A DNA stretch of 58,347 nt, the filler included, from Sphacelaria rigidula (taxonomy: Eukaryota): NCBI GenBank assembly GCA_964200075.2. It is 10 parts of 10 records of this genome, joined end to end, with 100 filler letters (N's around TTAATTAATTAA, not from the genome) between each part and the next. Parts side by side here need not be neighbours in the genome. Positions count along the whole stretch, not along the records: positions 11,691 to 17,435 come from CAXNAA020024790.1; positions 17,536 to 23,280 come from CAXNAA020024791.1; positions 23,381 to 29,125 come from CAXNAA020024792.1; 7 more parts are not named here. One strand, 5' to 3'. Shown piece after piece: positions 11,691-23,851 of this stretch (positions within the stretch are counted from its first letter, which is position 1; the number at the start of each line of letters is the position of its first letter). The position numbers and the translations under genes are program-made. The notes below the pieces were generated by a model, which did not search any database, was not told the origin of the DNA, and was given only the letters and a program-made list of their open reading frames with translations.

Positions 11691-14600
11691 GTTGAAACCG
11701 ACTTCCTGATTCAGGGGTGAAGCACAAACCCGCAGCTGATCGATACCAAGACACGAACGGTGCCCGTCTTAGTTGTGCCTGACGAACACCCCTTTCACCC
11801 TGTCGGGCATGATCGGGGTGTTGTTCTCCGCGCAAGACATGGGATCCGTGCGGTGCCACATTTTCCCCTGTGTAGAGTAACAAGAGTGGTCACCCGACTT
11901 ACTTCTCTTCGACCTACTGAATATGACGCGTTACGGGTTCACCTCCACAGGTTACTTCTTCCGAATAAGAGCTTGTCCNNNNNNNNNNCAAACAGTTCGC
12001 AAGTCGGGTTGCCCACTTGAGCCTCATTTCGGAGTTAAACCTCAATTCGCACAATTTGCTGTTACCTACATCTTACTCTTTACCGACCATTTCAGCCGTC
12101 ACGCAGCCATTTATGCAGTCACCGCTGGAGACTTCACAGCAGCGGGCACAGCTAATATCTTAGTTCATGACTATATCCAGCACTATGGTTGCCCGAAATG
12201 GATTCTCTCCGGTAATGGTCAGCAATTTTGCTCCAATCTCTCGGACGAACTGTATACGCTCCTGGGCATCGAAAGATAGCCATAAGCACTTACCACCCTG
12301 ATGGTAACGGTGGAACTGAAAGAGTTAACCACAACAAGGCCCAGATGCTGTCTATGGTAGTCAACGATCGACAAAACGAGTGGGATCTCCATCTCTCACA
12401 TGTCTTTTTGTCTTATAACAAATCCACAACGCTGCTACCGATCTTTCTCCGAACGAGTTACATCTCGGTCGCTACCCCCGCCTGCCCATCACAGTGTTTG
12501 AGAGACACACCTTCGATGGCCACCAAGGCTTGGATCAGGATCAGATATCCTACCATGACCTGGCGCGGGCACGCCAGCGCAAAGCTTTGACTCTCGTGCG
12601 TGAACAACACGCTATCAACGCCTCGCGCCTTGAGAGATCTAATAATGCTCTCTACAATCTGATGCACGGACGACCTACTTGGAAGGTTGGCGATTGGGTC
12701 TGGTTTTACAACAGTTTATCAACCATTTGCCACGGCGCCGACAGAACTGTCAACGAGACAGTCTTGAACACTAAACTATCCCTCAACTGTACAGGACCGT
12801 TCAGGATTCTGACGTTAGGGCCCTCGCCATCATCACCTGATGGCAAACCTGTTGGCGACAAACTTCTTTATCTCGATCTTCCTCGCGATCTTCAAGGACA
12901 TGACGCCAAATATCGCGTCTCTGTGCACCGTTGTAAACCTTGCATCAATCCGCATGACACCAGAGACATGCCCAAATATCTGCCTGCCGGTCTTACGCAG
13001 TACGTACTCAACAGCTATTCGACCAAATCACCGCCGTGTCACGTTACTACCGACGATGTGACGGAACAACCCCTTCGTCTCGCCGTGTCCCACATTTCTG
13101 GTCACCAGATCACCCGCGGTCGAGGCGGTAAGATTGCTGTCATGTACAATACTCACTGGCAAGGCCTTCGGAGAGCGTCTTGGGAACGCAAATCCGACTT
13201 TCAGCTGCATCGCCGAGCTATTCTCCTGTACTGGACACAACCTCAGCAGCAACATCTTGCTTCACCGTGACATAGGTTTGCGCCTTGTCGCCGATGGCTA
13301 TGAATTGATAGCCACCCGACATTGGAAAGAAAAGATCCGCGCAAAGCAGGAAATCCTCCCCAAAGGCGCCTACCTCTGGTACAAAGGCATCGCCAACCTC
13401 TGGTGGCTAGGCCAGACCCACTCCACAGACCTCATCGCGCCTGACACATACATCGTGCGCTTCATCGATGACCCCGGACCCGTGCAGCTCAAGCTCCGCC
13501 AAGAGCTCTGTACCACCAGTCCATTCGCACCACGAGGGTCTTGGTGTCTTCAGCGACTCAAACCCATAGGCCTCCGCCGCGGGATCCAACATAATGTCGA
13601 TCGCACACATGACGTTAGCGCACCGCTTTAAGCTCCTGCAGACCTTCTGCTTTCCGATCCCGACTTTTTTCCTTTCTCTTTTCTTTTCTTCCCCTGTCGT
13701 TCAGATATTTCCCCCTGTTTCCAACATCAAGGACACACCGGTGCCACCCATCGACTCCTTCAACAGCCTACAACCGGAGCTCCTTCGGCGCACAATCACG
13801 GACAACGAATGGAACTTGCGTGGAGCACCTCCATCCTCGACTTCTGGAGCTTTTCGTATTCTCGCTTTTGGCTTTTTATATGACTGGCACTGGACCCCTT
13901 GCAGTCTTGGAGTTGCTTATTCCCTTGCTTCCTCGGCCACCATGCGCTCGCTGCATGTGATTGACTTTTCGGCGGTTGACTTTGGTACCACCCACGTAGA
14001 CGTTGTGCCCCTCGTGTGTTTCCTCCTTTATCTCTTCATTTTGGCTAGCACGTCGAAGCATTTTGTGTTCGTCAGCTGTTTAGTTCGCTAGCCTGCGGCA
14101 GCATTGTGTGCTCCTGCGTCTTCAAGCGCACTTGCGCTTTTTGGTAGCAGATTTCGTTTACCTTGTTCGAGGTGTGAGAGGATCGGGCAACGGAGTGGAT
14201 GTTGCCCTCGTCGTCTGGGGTGTACCTTCTATTTTTTAGCCACTTCGGCCGAGTGCTTTTATAGCATTGAGTTCGCCTTCCTTGTCGCTCATGACTTGAC
14301 GTGGAGAAAAACCTCGATTTTCGTTGCTTTTCGAGATTTCTCATCGCAACTGTAATAGAGATTCCTCTGGATGGGCGAGTGTCATGAAGCTACGAGGTGT
14401 CTATGATCAAATCTGGGATTCTATAGTTGCGGGTCTGATTGAGCTTGACTAGGCCGGATGTGAGACTGAAAAAAAGGTACAGGCATCGGTCCTTCAGCCC
14501 TCTTGCGGTACTCGCCCTAGTGGAGCCTATTGTTAAGCCATTGCTATAGCCGGAGAGTAGCTGAGAGAGCATTAAAAGGAGCGATAACGGATACGAGCGA

Positions 14601-14759
14601 ACAAGAGTCTTTCGTATCAAGTGGGTATAGCTTACTGCGTGAAGCTATTATGGTGTGACCTGATTTCGGACAAAACCTGACCGACCCCTGTCAGGAGATC
14701 AACAGGCATCTGACTTGGCCGGCTGCATAAGAGAGTGCATCCCGCTTAACACCATAACA
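11691..14759 (+). mobile_element. Ty3/Gypsy LTR retrotransposon, internally deleted and degenerate (IN core, GPF, chromodomain, extra domain, PPT, 3' LTR)
   Basis: Frameshifted ORFs 11923-12279, 12228-12590, 12494-13270 and 13134-13631 carry rve motifs (TYILLFTDHFSR, YHPDGNGGTERVN), TGPFRIL and a chromodomain (HWQGLRRASWE); collinear with the copy at 40916-46659. Confidence 0.95.
14380..14759 (+). repeat. 3' LTR (~380 bp) of the Gypsy element
   Basis: Purine-rich ggatgggcgag directly precedes TGTCATG; the segment ends CATAACA, an imperfect terminal inverted repeat; the same PPT/TGTCATGA junction occurs at 41381 in the second copy. Confidence 0.7.
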
Positions 14760-14797
14760 GTGGTGCGATCTGGGGCTGGTGTCATATTCTGTGTTAA

Positions 14798-15057
14798 CCC
14801 TTGTGACCCGTTGCCGGAACTAAAAATCAACCATAGTACCCTCCCAAGTGGTGAACTAGAACTGTACTACTACGTTTCCCCCAGAATCGTGTGGTAGCGG
14901 CAGGTGTCCATTAGTTTTGTTTTCAAGTCGAACTGATGTCAATCACAAAAATGTGTGACTTATTGGCACCATTTTTACTTGAAAACAAAATGAATGGGGA
15001 TAAAGTGAGGAAAAGTGGCACAAACAGATCATTGTGGGGAGTCCCGTCCCAAAAGGG
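14798..15057. mobile_element. piggyBac-like MITE
   Basis: TTAA at 14794-14797 and 15058-15061; termini cccttgtgac / gtcccaaaaggg. Confidence 0.6.
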
Positions 15058-15234
15058 TTAATGGTGGCGTAGGGTTATTTTTCGTGTAGATGTTTTGTTT
15101 CTTGCCTTCTTCTGTGGGCCGTTTTGGTTATGGGTATGAGTGATATGCTCCTTGCGTCCTGTGACCACGGGTTCGAGAGATCGAGCTAATGTGATAAATA
15201 TAATAATATTCATAACATAAATAGGGTTAGTAAA

Positions 15235-15660
15235 GGAGATATCGCAAACTCGTTTACCGCTTTTCTGGCTTGTTTTGTACTATTTTTTCAGATAGAAGTG
15301 ATGGCGATTCATCACATCATGATGGAGGTATCTCAAACTCGGCTCCCGGTATCGTGGTTTATTCGCTGGCTCTGAGTTGTGTACTATTTTTTCAAGTGAA
15401 AGTGATTGCGATTCATAGGAGGACCCGCCATGGCGGTGAAAAGGTTTCATCATCCGAAGAATCGCCATCACTTTCACTTGAAAATTAGAACAAAACAAAC
15501 CAGGATACAGGGAGCCGAGTTTGAGATACCTCTGATGAGACCCTTTGACCGCCAGGTCAGGTCCTCCCATGAGTCGACGTCACTTTCGCTTATAAAAATA
15601 GTACAAAACTCAGAGTCAGCGAATAAAGCAGGAAACCGGGAACCGAGTTTGAGATACCCC
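15235..15660. mobile_element. Foldback cluster of GAGGTATCTCAAACTCGG-family MITE arms
   Basis: gaggtatctcaaactcggctccc at 15325; inverted gggagccgagtttgagatacctc ending 15532 and a second inverted arm ending ~15660; degenerate outer left arm at ~15235. Confidence 0.7.
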
Positions 15661-17051
15661 TAGTAACATGTGATCGTTGTGGCGTTCGTGAACGGCAAAC
15701 GGGCGGGAAAAGAGCCGAGCGTGTGGGCACCATTGTTGGAGTTGGCGCGTGGATTCCCTCACGCGCAGTGTGCCGCATCAGGTATAGTGTGGGAAGCGAT
15801 GACCCAGGACAGGTACTTTTTGGGCCGACTGGTCGCAGCCCAGATAGGTCAGATTTCATGTGAATTCCTAGATCAGATATACCTGGCCGAGATTTGGCCT
15901 AGGAAGGGGAAGCGGTTTCTCGAGGCGAGATGTCCTTCTGCGCATGGCCATATCTCGCGAGTGGCACGTTTATTTTTTCTTATCATTTTCGAGGCTGGTG
16001 CCGCGGAGCCCCCCGATTGCTATGAGTGAAACATCATTCGGAGTGAAATCAGTCTAGATTATTCGTTTGGCTGTTTCCGCGTTGCGAGTCATTCCTCGTA
16101 CCTCTCTTAGGCAAAATACGGGAAGGTATTCTTCTTCGAGGCCGTTGCCCCAAAAAATGGGCCTTCGGTTTTTTGGAGAGGTTCGGGCGTTCTCGTTAAA
16201 AAGTCGTATGTAGTGTACTAAAACGCCCTAAACGAGCGAAAACAAAATTAATAACGAGCGGGCTCATTTTTTTATTTGCTCGATAAGCCCGACGTAGCGA
16301 GGTTCCACACCACATTTGAATACACAAACACCAAATGTGTGCCGCTAAGTGGCCTGCAAAATACCGTCCCGATTTCCTACCGACCCGGTTACTGAACGGC
16401 CCATTCTCACCTCAATATCGAGAGTTGACCCCTGAAACTTGGTATGGACAATGAATAAGGCATAATCGAAAAACGGAAAGCCACACCCGAAGTTTTATTT
16501 TCCCCCATGAGTTAGAGACCATAGTCACTTTTCAGGTCTCACCAAAATGTCCTTAAGCCATGAAAAAAAAGCTTGGCTTTCCGTATTTTTTAATGATGCT
16601 CTATTCATTGTCCATACCAAAATTGAGGGCCCAACTCTAGAAATGGAGGTGACAATGGGCCTGCAAACTACATACTTGACTGTATTCTCGAAAATTGGGT
16701 TGAAAAAAATGAAGTTTGTGACGCCAGCCAGAAGGAGGACTGGCGGATCACTGTTGTTGAGGGACTCCCCAGTCTTACTGGCCTCAGTTTCAGTTGTCAG
16801 CTTTTACAACATCTTATATTATCGGAGTGAGACCTTCCAAGGCACCAGCTTTTCTAGACCCGCAGGTACCATCTTCGTGTCCCCGGTCATTATCCAGAAC
16901 CCACCAGAATCCTCGTGTCCCCAGTCATTATCCATATCACCACTACCAACTCAACGTGACGTCGTATTTTCGCCACAGCACCTTCAAAGCGCGTTGGACG
17001 AAAATCGATCAACAAGCTTGACACATAGAGAACGCCAAAACGATGAGTAAG

Positions 17052-17370
17052 TCACAATTGAGTACCAAACTCACTCGAAATGCGAGCCGCAACGGCACGA
17101 GTTACGCGCAATTTACGCAACTCCTTTGTAACAAAGTCCGGAGCGGCCTCAAAAATATCCTTGAAAGGCTCCCACGTACGCTCCTTAACTTCGAGAAACT
17201 AACCCTGTCGACCAACACGATCAATAAACGACCGTCTGCTTCTTCCACTCGGACAATACCAGCCGTCTGATTTTGCCCCTGATTGAAAGCATGCTGGAAC
17301 ACGTCCTTACCGTCAGCCGTATCATTACGCTGCGAGTCTGCATAAAAACGCCAACAGGCTACATGGAACA
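17052..17370 (-). pseudogene. Remnant of a second Gypsy lineage: integrase C-terminus plus chromodomain
   Basis: Minus strand, one frameshift: HVACWRFYADSQRNDTADGKDVFQHAFNQGQ...IVLVDRVSF / LEVKERTWEPFKDIFEAAPDFVTKELRKLRV...EFGTQL*; the TWEP chromodomain motif is intact. Confidence 0.75.
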
Positions 17371-17435
17371 GTGTTTTCGTGAGATTGAGAGTAGATGATA
17401 CGAGTGAGAGTGGCTTTGATCATTCGCTTCAAGTG

Positions 17436-17535
17436 NNNNNNNNNNNNNNNNNNNNNNNNNNNNNNNNNNNNNNNNNNNNTTAATTAATTAANNNNNNNNN
17501 NNNNNNNNNNNNNNNNNNNNNNNNNNNNNNNNNNN
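17436..17535. other. Artificial contig-joining linker 3
   Basis: Same 100-bp spacer. Confidence 0.98.
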
Positions 17536-18960
17536 GTACCAATCTTTTTGCTTCAGCTTGATTGAACGCGGAGACAAGGGGTGGACCACTCTCCCTCCGG
17601 CTTGGCGTTCAGATGGGTGATCTCGGCCGGTATCTGCGGCACCTTTTAGCGCGATGATGTTATCTGGTCACACGGCCTGCTGTATCACATACCTGAACTG
17701 TCAACGTGCGCCCATTTCAGCCATGCCTGCCCCTCTGATGATTCCCACGGTCGCGTTCGTCGTGCCGACTCTCGCCACTATCTCGAAAATCGCTTTCACG
17801 TGTTCCCTCTTGTGACAACCGCCAGTCGGTCTCTCTTCCAGACCTCCCTCTTATACCAGCCATTCTTGCGCATCTTCCTAGCTCACCGACTCACCCGCGT
17901 GAAGTTTGGCAATTTCTCGTTTCCAAACATTTTCGACGAAACTCCGGCGTAGCAGGTGAACCAGATGTGACGACGGTCGCTGCTTTACGCCCGTGCTTCC
18001 GTCCTCCCCAAGGGGCGCCTGCTCGTCCCCGCGCTCACGGCATACTGTATTGTAGTCTGCTGCAGCCGATTCCGCGTCTTGAGGCGTTGGTGTGCTCCTT
18101 TCAACGCCGGAAGGGTTCGTGTCGCTCTTTTCTTTTCCATTGTGAACCTGATGCGGGGGCTCTGGAAGGTGTTGGCTTCGAGAAGCTCGCCCGAGCCGGT
18201 CCCTTGTCTCGCCGTCCCACGGTAGTCGGCGCCACTCTTCGGGTGACCGCGCAGGCGGCCCTTTCTGCGTGACGTGTTGCGAAGTTGGTGGACGGGAAAC
18301 ACCAGGTGATCGCAAGAGTTGGGCGTGCTGTTTCTTCTTCCTACTCTCGCGCGCAGGTGCCGAAGTTTGTTGCCCGTGCCACGGTCTCCATACACTACCG
18401 GTGTCCGGAACCGTCGCTCCATCGAGACAATCTGCAGCCTGCAGGTGATCGTTTGTCTCTTCCACGTCGACGCTGCTAAAATACGAGGGAGTTCACAGGA
18501 GCTACCTGTTTCGGAGTTGAGCACAGCCAGTCCCTTTGGGTAGTCTCCCATAGGACGTGACTGTAAGTCCTGCCGGTGGGGCCATTTCCACATTTGATAA
18601 GTCCACCTCCCAAGGTAAGGCGGTGGCAGCAGCTGTCTGACATGCGCAACGGTGACATCTTAATGGTGACCATTGGGTGCCGAAGACCGGGTCCTTGAGC
18701 TTACTCGTTGGGTGTTTTGGTCAACGCCACGGGTCCCGACGATCCTCGAGTCTGACAGTGGTTTCTTTAGATACCATACTGTTTGACCCCGAATCGCACA
18801 AGAATACGCCCGTAACACGTTCCCCGCCAGGCCCCACCGGGTGCATCATTACCGTCGATACACCTTCAACGCGCGCACACAGGGCAAATACGCCTGTGAG
18901 CGACGGAGGCAGAAATATTGCAAACAAAGGAAGCACCTCGCCCTCGGCAGACCACAACGC
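17536..18960 (-). mobile_element. Possible highly decayed retroelement pol fragment
   Basis: Minus-strand VFLCDSGSNSMVS resembles a retropepsin D[S/T]G motif and is followed by broken ORFs; no other domain recognised. Confidence 0.3.
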
Positions 18961-19535
18961 GTGGCGTTAGGGGGTCAAGTCTCGCGTCCTGATATTGCTA
19001 TACTGTACCGTGCATGTACGTGTACCGTGTTGCACTTTCAAAACTTCCCGACTTCAAACGAGTCGTTCGAGTACAGCCACGGATGGAATCTCTCGAAACC
19101 TCTTACAGTGCAAAGTGCATGATTGCTGAAGGATGGAAAAGTACGTCGTGTTTCGGGACACCGCGTTGCGCTAGCGCAACAGGCCCGCACAACACCTCAA
19201 CGTGGGTTTGGACATGAAGGTGGTACATACCCTAGTGCGGACAAATTTATTTCGATCTCGTCACACACCGATACTTTTCCGTTGAGAACTGGAGTAGCGC
19301 TTCTACGTCCATTTGCGCGAAACACCTGACCCTCCTTGCCTTCACCCGAGCTGTGTGGTGCTGCGTGATCCGCTGAAAAATGCACTGTATACGCACTTTG
19401 GCCCGCGAAACGTGATGTCCGTCATTTTTTGCATTTTCTCCTGGAGGTTTACAACTGCATAAAAAATTTAAAGTCTGCCCACGCGCAACACTGCATGTTC
19501 TCTCTGCTGTCCCGGTCCTCGTCCGTCGCTCTCAG

Positions 19536-19691
19536 GTGAACTCATTCTCCAAATACGCTGGCTTTACCGGCGCGCGTCTAGGATGGACAGTCATCCCCGA
19601 CGAAGTCATGTACTCGGACGGATCTCCTGTAAGGAACGACTTCAACCGCGTCATGACCACCGCTTTCAACGGGGCGTCCAACATCGTGCAG
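19536..19691 (+). CDS. dapL: LL-diaminopimelate aminotransferase, internal exon containing the PLP lysine
   Basis: ctcag|GTG...CAG|gtgtgt; VNSFSKYAGFTGARLGWTVIPDEVMYSDGSPVRNDFNRVMTTAFNGASNIVQ matches the DapL SFSKxAGFTGxRLGW and FNGASNI motifs. Confidence 0.95.
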
Positions 19692-20140
19692 GTGTGTACC
19701 TTTGTTGAGTTATGAGCTCCCAACATCGTACAGGTGTGTACCTGTGTTGAGTGATGAGCTCGCGTAAGGCACTCCGTTCCGGTTCAGTATTGATTGAGGT
19801 TTTTTTTGGAGTGATATCCAGCATGCCTGCCCTAGTCTCGAACCTCTGACCGCCAAAGTAAGTCGTCTGGATCTTGGATCATTTTCCAGATGAGCATACG
19901 TTGCATCGGCATGATGACCACCCCAGGAATCAACGGGTTAACCCGGTTCAGGCGATAACAAATTACGCGACGTCCACTGCTGGTAACGTCGTGCTGAAAA
20001 TATGTGTCTATGGATTCACACCCATATCTCCGTCTCTGTGCACACGGTCTTCTCTCCCTTGATCACGCACAGTGCCTCGACAGCCACGTCATTATCCATC
20101 CCGTTGCCATTGCTCCATATCGTATTTTGTCGTTCGCTAG

Positions 20141-20350
20141 AACGGTGGCATGGCATGCCTCGACGATGAGGGACTGGAGGAAATCAACGCCCTGATGGAC
20201 TACTACCTGGGTAACGCCAAGATCCTAAAGGAGGGCATTGAGTCTTGCGGGTTCGAATCGTACGGTGGGGTAGACTCACCCTACGTATACGTCGACCTGG
20301 CGGGGAGGCCGAGCTGGGAAGTTTTCGAGGAGCTACTCGAGAAGGCACAG
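20141..20350 (+). CDS. dapL: LL-diaminopimelate aminotransferase, penultimate exon
   Basis: gctag|AAC...CAG|gtgcgc; NGGMACLDDEGLEEINALMDYYLGNAKILKEGIESCGFESYGGVDSPYVYVDLAGRPSWEVFEELLEKAQ; phase 0 at both ends. Confidence 0.95.
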
Positions 20351-21432
20351 GTGCGCAGTACTGCAGCACATCGTGTCATCACGTGCCCATTGACATGAAT
20401 CTGCTAGAAGAACCGACCAGTGATGTTGACACGACGAATGAGATTTTTTGTTGACGACAATCACGTCTTCCTGGACTGGAAGATCGATGTGTCTGTAAAT
20501 TCTCGCCCCCACCATCTTTTTACTTGGAACGATTATCTCCCACATTGGTCGGAAAGAAGCTGGAAGTCATGCCGCAGGTATCTGTATGAGCGACCTGAGG
20601 CAAATATATACTCGACAAGTGACATGTCGTTTTTTGTACGCCCCGACTACGGGGTGTGAAGTGGTCTCCGGGTAACTTGGAAAATTGACGATGTCACCAT
20701 GTTTGCCCAGATCATTTCCGATTTGTTTGACTCCCTGTCGACTCTTACAAAATCTCCCTCAACAGTGTACAGTCGTACCGAGTCCAGTCTTATGCCTTTA
20801 TACGTCCCGTCTGCTGAAGTTGACAGGTCTGACGTCATGTGGCACTTGGTTGAACATGCAACACCTGCCCCCCTTCGCAAGAAGATAGGAAGTGGACGTT
20901 GCACCGATTTTTGTAAATGTATCTCCTGTTGGCATCAATAATCGTTTTCGCCGTACTTTTTTCACATGACGGTAAAGAAATGTGCGTGGTAGGCCTGGTG
21001 GGTGCTTTCCCTCCATTCATGTGTAGTTCCGCATGTCGTTCCTAAGTTGGACTCTCCGAAAATCTGGGCTCACTTGTTCCACGATCGTGTCAAATCGGAC
21101 GGAGAACGGTGTTCTCAATGAGTTTCATGGTTGCCGCGGTGTAGTTCTCGAGTGTGTGTGGCAGACAGAAGGACTTACATGGATGGCAAACGACTAGGGT
21201 ATGCGTCCGAAGCACACGTATCGATATGATCAGCCAGGTTCTTCAACTCTATGGTACCCCGGCGGGTACTTGATCCAAGTGTGTTATCTGGCTCATCTGA
21301 TTATGTGCTGGAGCAGTTGAACGTCGCGCTCTGGTGATGTGAAGTTGCCCCTTCTGCAGAAGCGTGAATTAGAGTATATCATTGGCTCTCGTCCTCGCCG
21401 GTTTTGACCCCGCTGTATCTGCTGCTGGTCAG

Positions 21433-21555
21433 GTGGTGACCATCCCGGGCGCGGGCTTCGGCCCTGGCGGGGAAGGGTTCCTACGTCTCTCTGCATTCGC
21501 TCCGAGGGAATCATGCGTAGAGGCTGTGGAGCGATTGCGTGTTGTTTTGGGCTAG
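21433..21555 (+). CDS. dapL: LL-diaminopimelate aminotransferase, last exon
   Basis: gtcag|[46 protein letters not shown] matches the DapL C-terminal PGxGFGPxGEGFxRxSAF motif. The 5' exons were not found on this contig. Confidence 0.95.
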   Translation: MVTIPGAGFGPGGEGFLRLSAFAPRESCVEAVERLRVVLG

Positions 21556-23280
21556 ATGTTTTCTGGGTAACGTCGCTAGCTTGTACGTGGCTCCGTTGGA
21601 GGCAAATATTAGATATGTAGTACTCGTGGAAAATATATAGATGGTCCGCGTGGAAGACATGCAGTTCTGCTCTCTCCTTGTAAAGCGTCATTTTGGCACA
21701 TGTTGATCGGCTGTGAAATATGTCCATGTGCTCCATGCCCTGGACGCTATTTGGTGCGCACATCTCCACAAACGAGGCGATGGAAACTGTGCAAAAAAAA
21801 AAAGAAAGGATGTCATCAAAGGGACAAGCTCGGTATTGCGTGTGCACGAACTTTCATGATACTGGGGGTACGCGGGTGTTCAACAGTGCCGCTTTCTCCG
21901 CTGTAGGCTATATATACGTGAGCATGTACACACAGATCCCATCCGATATTTTCGAACTACCCACGAGGCTATATCCTTGCGGTCCAAGTGCCTTCGTGTC
22001 AAGCATCTCTTCGGCGTTGTGATCCAGCAGTCACAAACCTAGTAGTCTCTTTCATGGGAGAAAACTGAGCATGAGATACCATCTCTTCGTTCTCGAGTGT
22101 TGAGTTTCGCTTTCATTTTCTTGGACCATTTCGTGGGACAAATTCAGATTTACAGGAACACCAGAGACAGCAGATAGCCGATAATGCGCACACACATGTG
22201 TCCTCAGACGGGCGTCCGGGGATAAATGCGTGTAAACTTTCTAGTCGGTGTGATTCCGCGTTGTCGGTACTTGGAAAAGACGCTATCTGCAACTCGAGAA
22301 ATTTTGATCAAGAAGGGAAGCTCGTATCTCCACGTGGTGATGAGTGAAGGAACGATTGGTAATATGGCCCATGAACCATATCCATGGCCTCCTCGGTAGC
22401 AACATTTTCACGCTTCGGGGTACTCGGGTTTAAGTAGGTTACCACAACCCGGCCTTCTTCTGCCCCGCTGTTTTCATGGTTTTTGAAGGATGACTACTGT
22501 AAACATGAAGGGTAGCCAGTAGGCCGGCCGGACCGCCTCCAGGACAAATTCCTCGTGAAAAACAAACGAAAAGGTGACCAAGGACCATGTCCGTTTTCCC
22601 TTCCCACCTCTCAGTACCAGGATCTCCTGCTTTAGCAGCAAACGCTCATAAGGGACAGGCCCACTACTTCAAACAGTGGATCCTAGAAAATGAGGTTCAT
22701 ACGAGATATGGGGTTGAAGTGGCATTTCCCTTTTGCAGGGAAGGTGGCCGCTTCGGGTCCAGTTGAACATCAGAAGAAACCATCAAACAGCAGCATGAAA
22801 AATTTCCGGAATCGGCATCAGGCAAAGCTCAAACAACGGAACAGAAATCGACAAGTCACCGTTCGTATTGGAAAACAAAGCCCGTGAAACATTTTGCAGT
22901 TTGGAAAACACAATTTTTGAAGGAAGGAAACTTCTCCGGGCCCCCATGTGTGTTGTATCCGCCTGAAAAAGTCATCCCTCCTTCATCGATGCCTGGCTCG
23001 GGCACAGGGAAGACGTCCTCCCTCAGGTTTCCAGAACCGTTTCAATTTTGTGGATGCAGATGAAATTAATCAAACTCTATCGCTTTCACAGATGTTACGA
23101 CTTCCGTGTTGTCATCGTGACGACCTCCGAGCAGCCGGGAGGACGCGCAGTAGAGGAAGGAAAGGTGGTGATGATCTGCTTTGCCTGCCGTACTGCCGAC
23201 CGCGTCGCATGAAAGCCACAAGACCCTTGCTGTCGGCGGTTGATGGCGTGGGTCTCGAATGCAGCGACATGCGGTTCATC

Positions 23281-23380
23281 NNNNNNNNNNNNNNNNNNNN
23301 NNNNNNNNNNNNNNNNNNNNNNNNTTAATTAATTAANNNNNNNNNNNNNNNNNNNNNNNNNNNNNNNNNNNNNNNNNNNN
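23281..23380. other. Artificial contig-joining linker 4
   Basis: Same 100-bp spacer. Confidence 0.98.
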
Positions 23381-23851
23381 AAGGGGGAAGGCAGAGGAGC
23401 ACAAAGCGCAGACCGCCGGCGGGTGGGGGGGGGGGGGGGGGGGGGGGGGGGGTGTCTGTATATTTTACCAAAATCTACCGACGCTGGCACTTTCAAGTTT
23501 TATCGAGAAGTAGTCGCGAAAAAAACCCTTCTGAAAAAGAAATAGTTGAGCCCAGTCCTGAAAAAATTGAATGGGCCTGCAAACTCGAAATCCACTTCTA
23601 GGCTGACCCAGCTCGTACCACGAGTACTGTCTGTACCTGTGTTGCTGTCAGGTGCAGGCCCCAATTCTACTGTGATTTTGTTCGTAATAATGTAAGCATC
23701 TTTGTTATAAACTCACCATACTAAAATTAGTGCGAACATAGCCGGTAGCGGTCAACTCCAAATAAACTGGATATACACTGAAATCCTCATCACCCGTTCT
23801 AGTTCAATCGCCAGTACAAACTGGTCCAGTCCACAATCCTTGAAATATACA

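Noticed and set aside
22100..23280. Decayed hAT transposase on the minus strand
   Set aside because: Only a vague resemblance across several broken frames; not supportable without a profile search.
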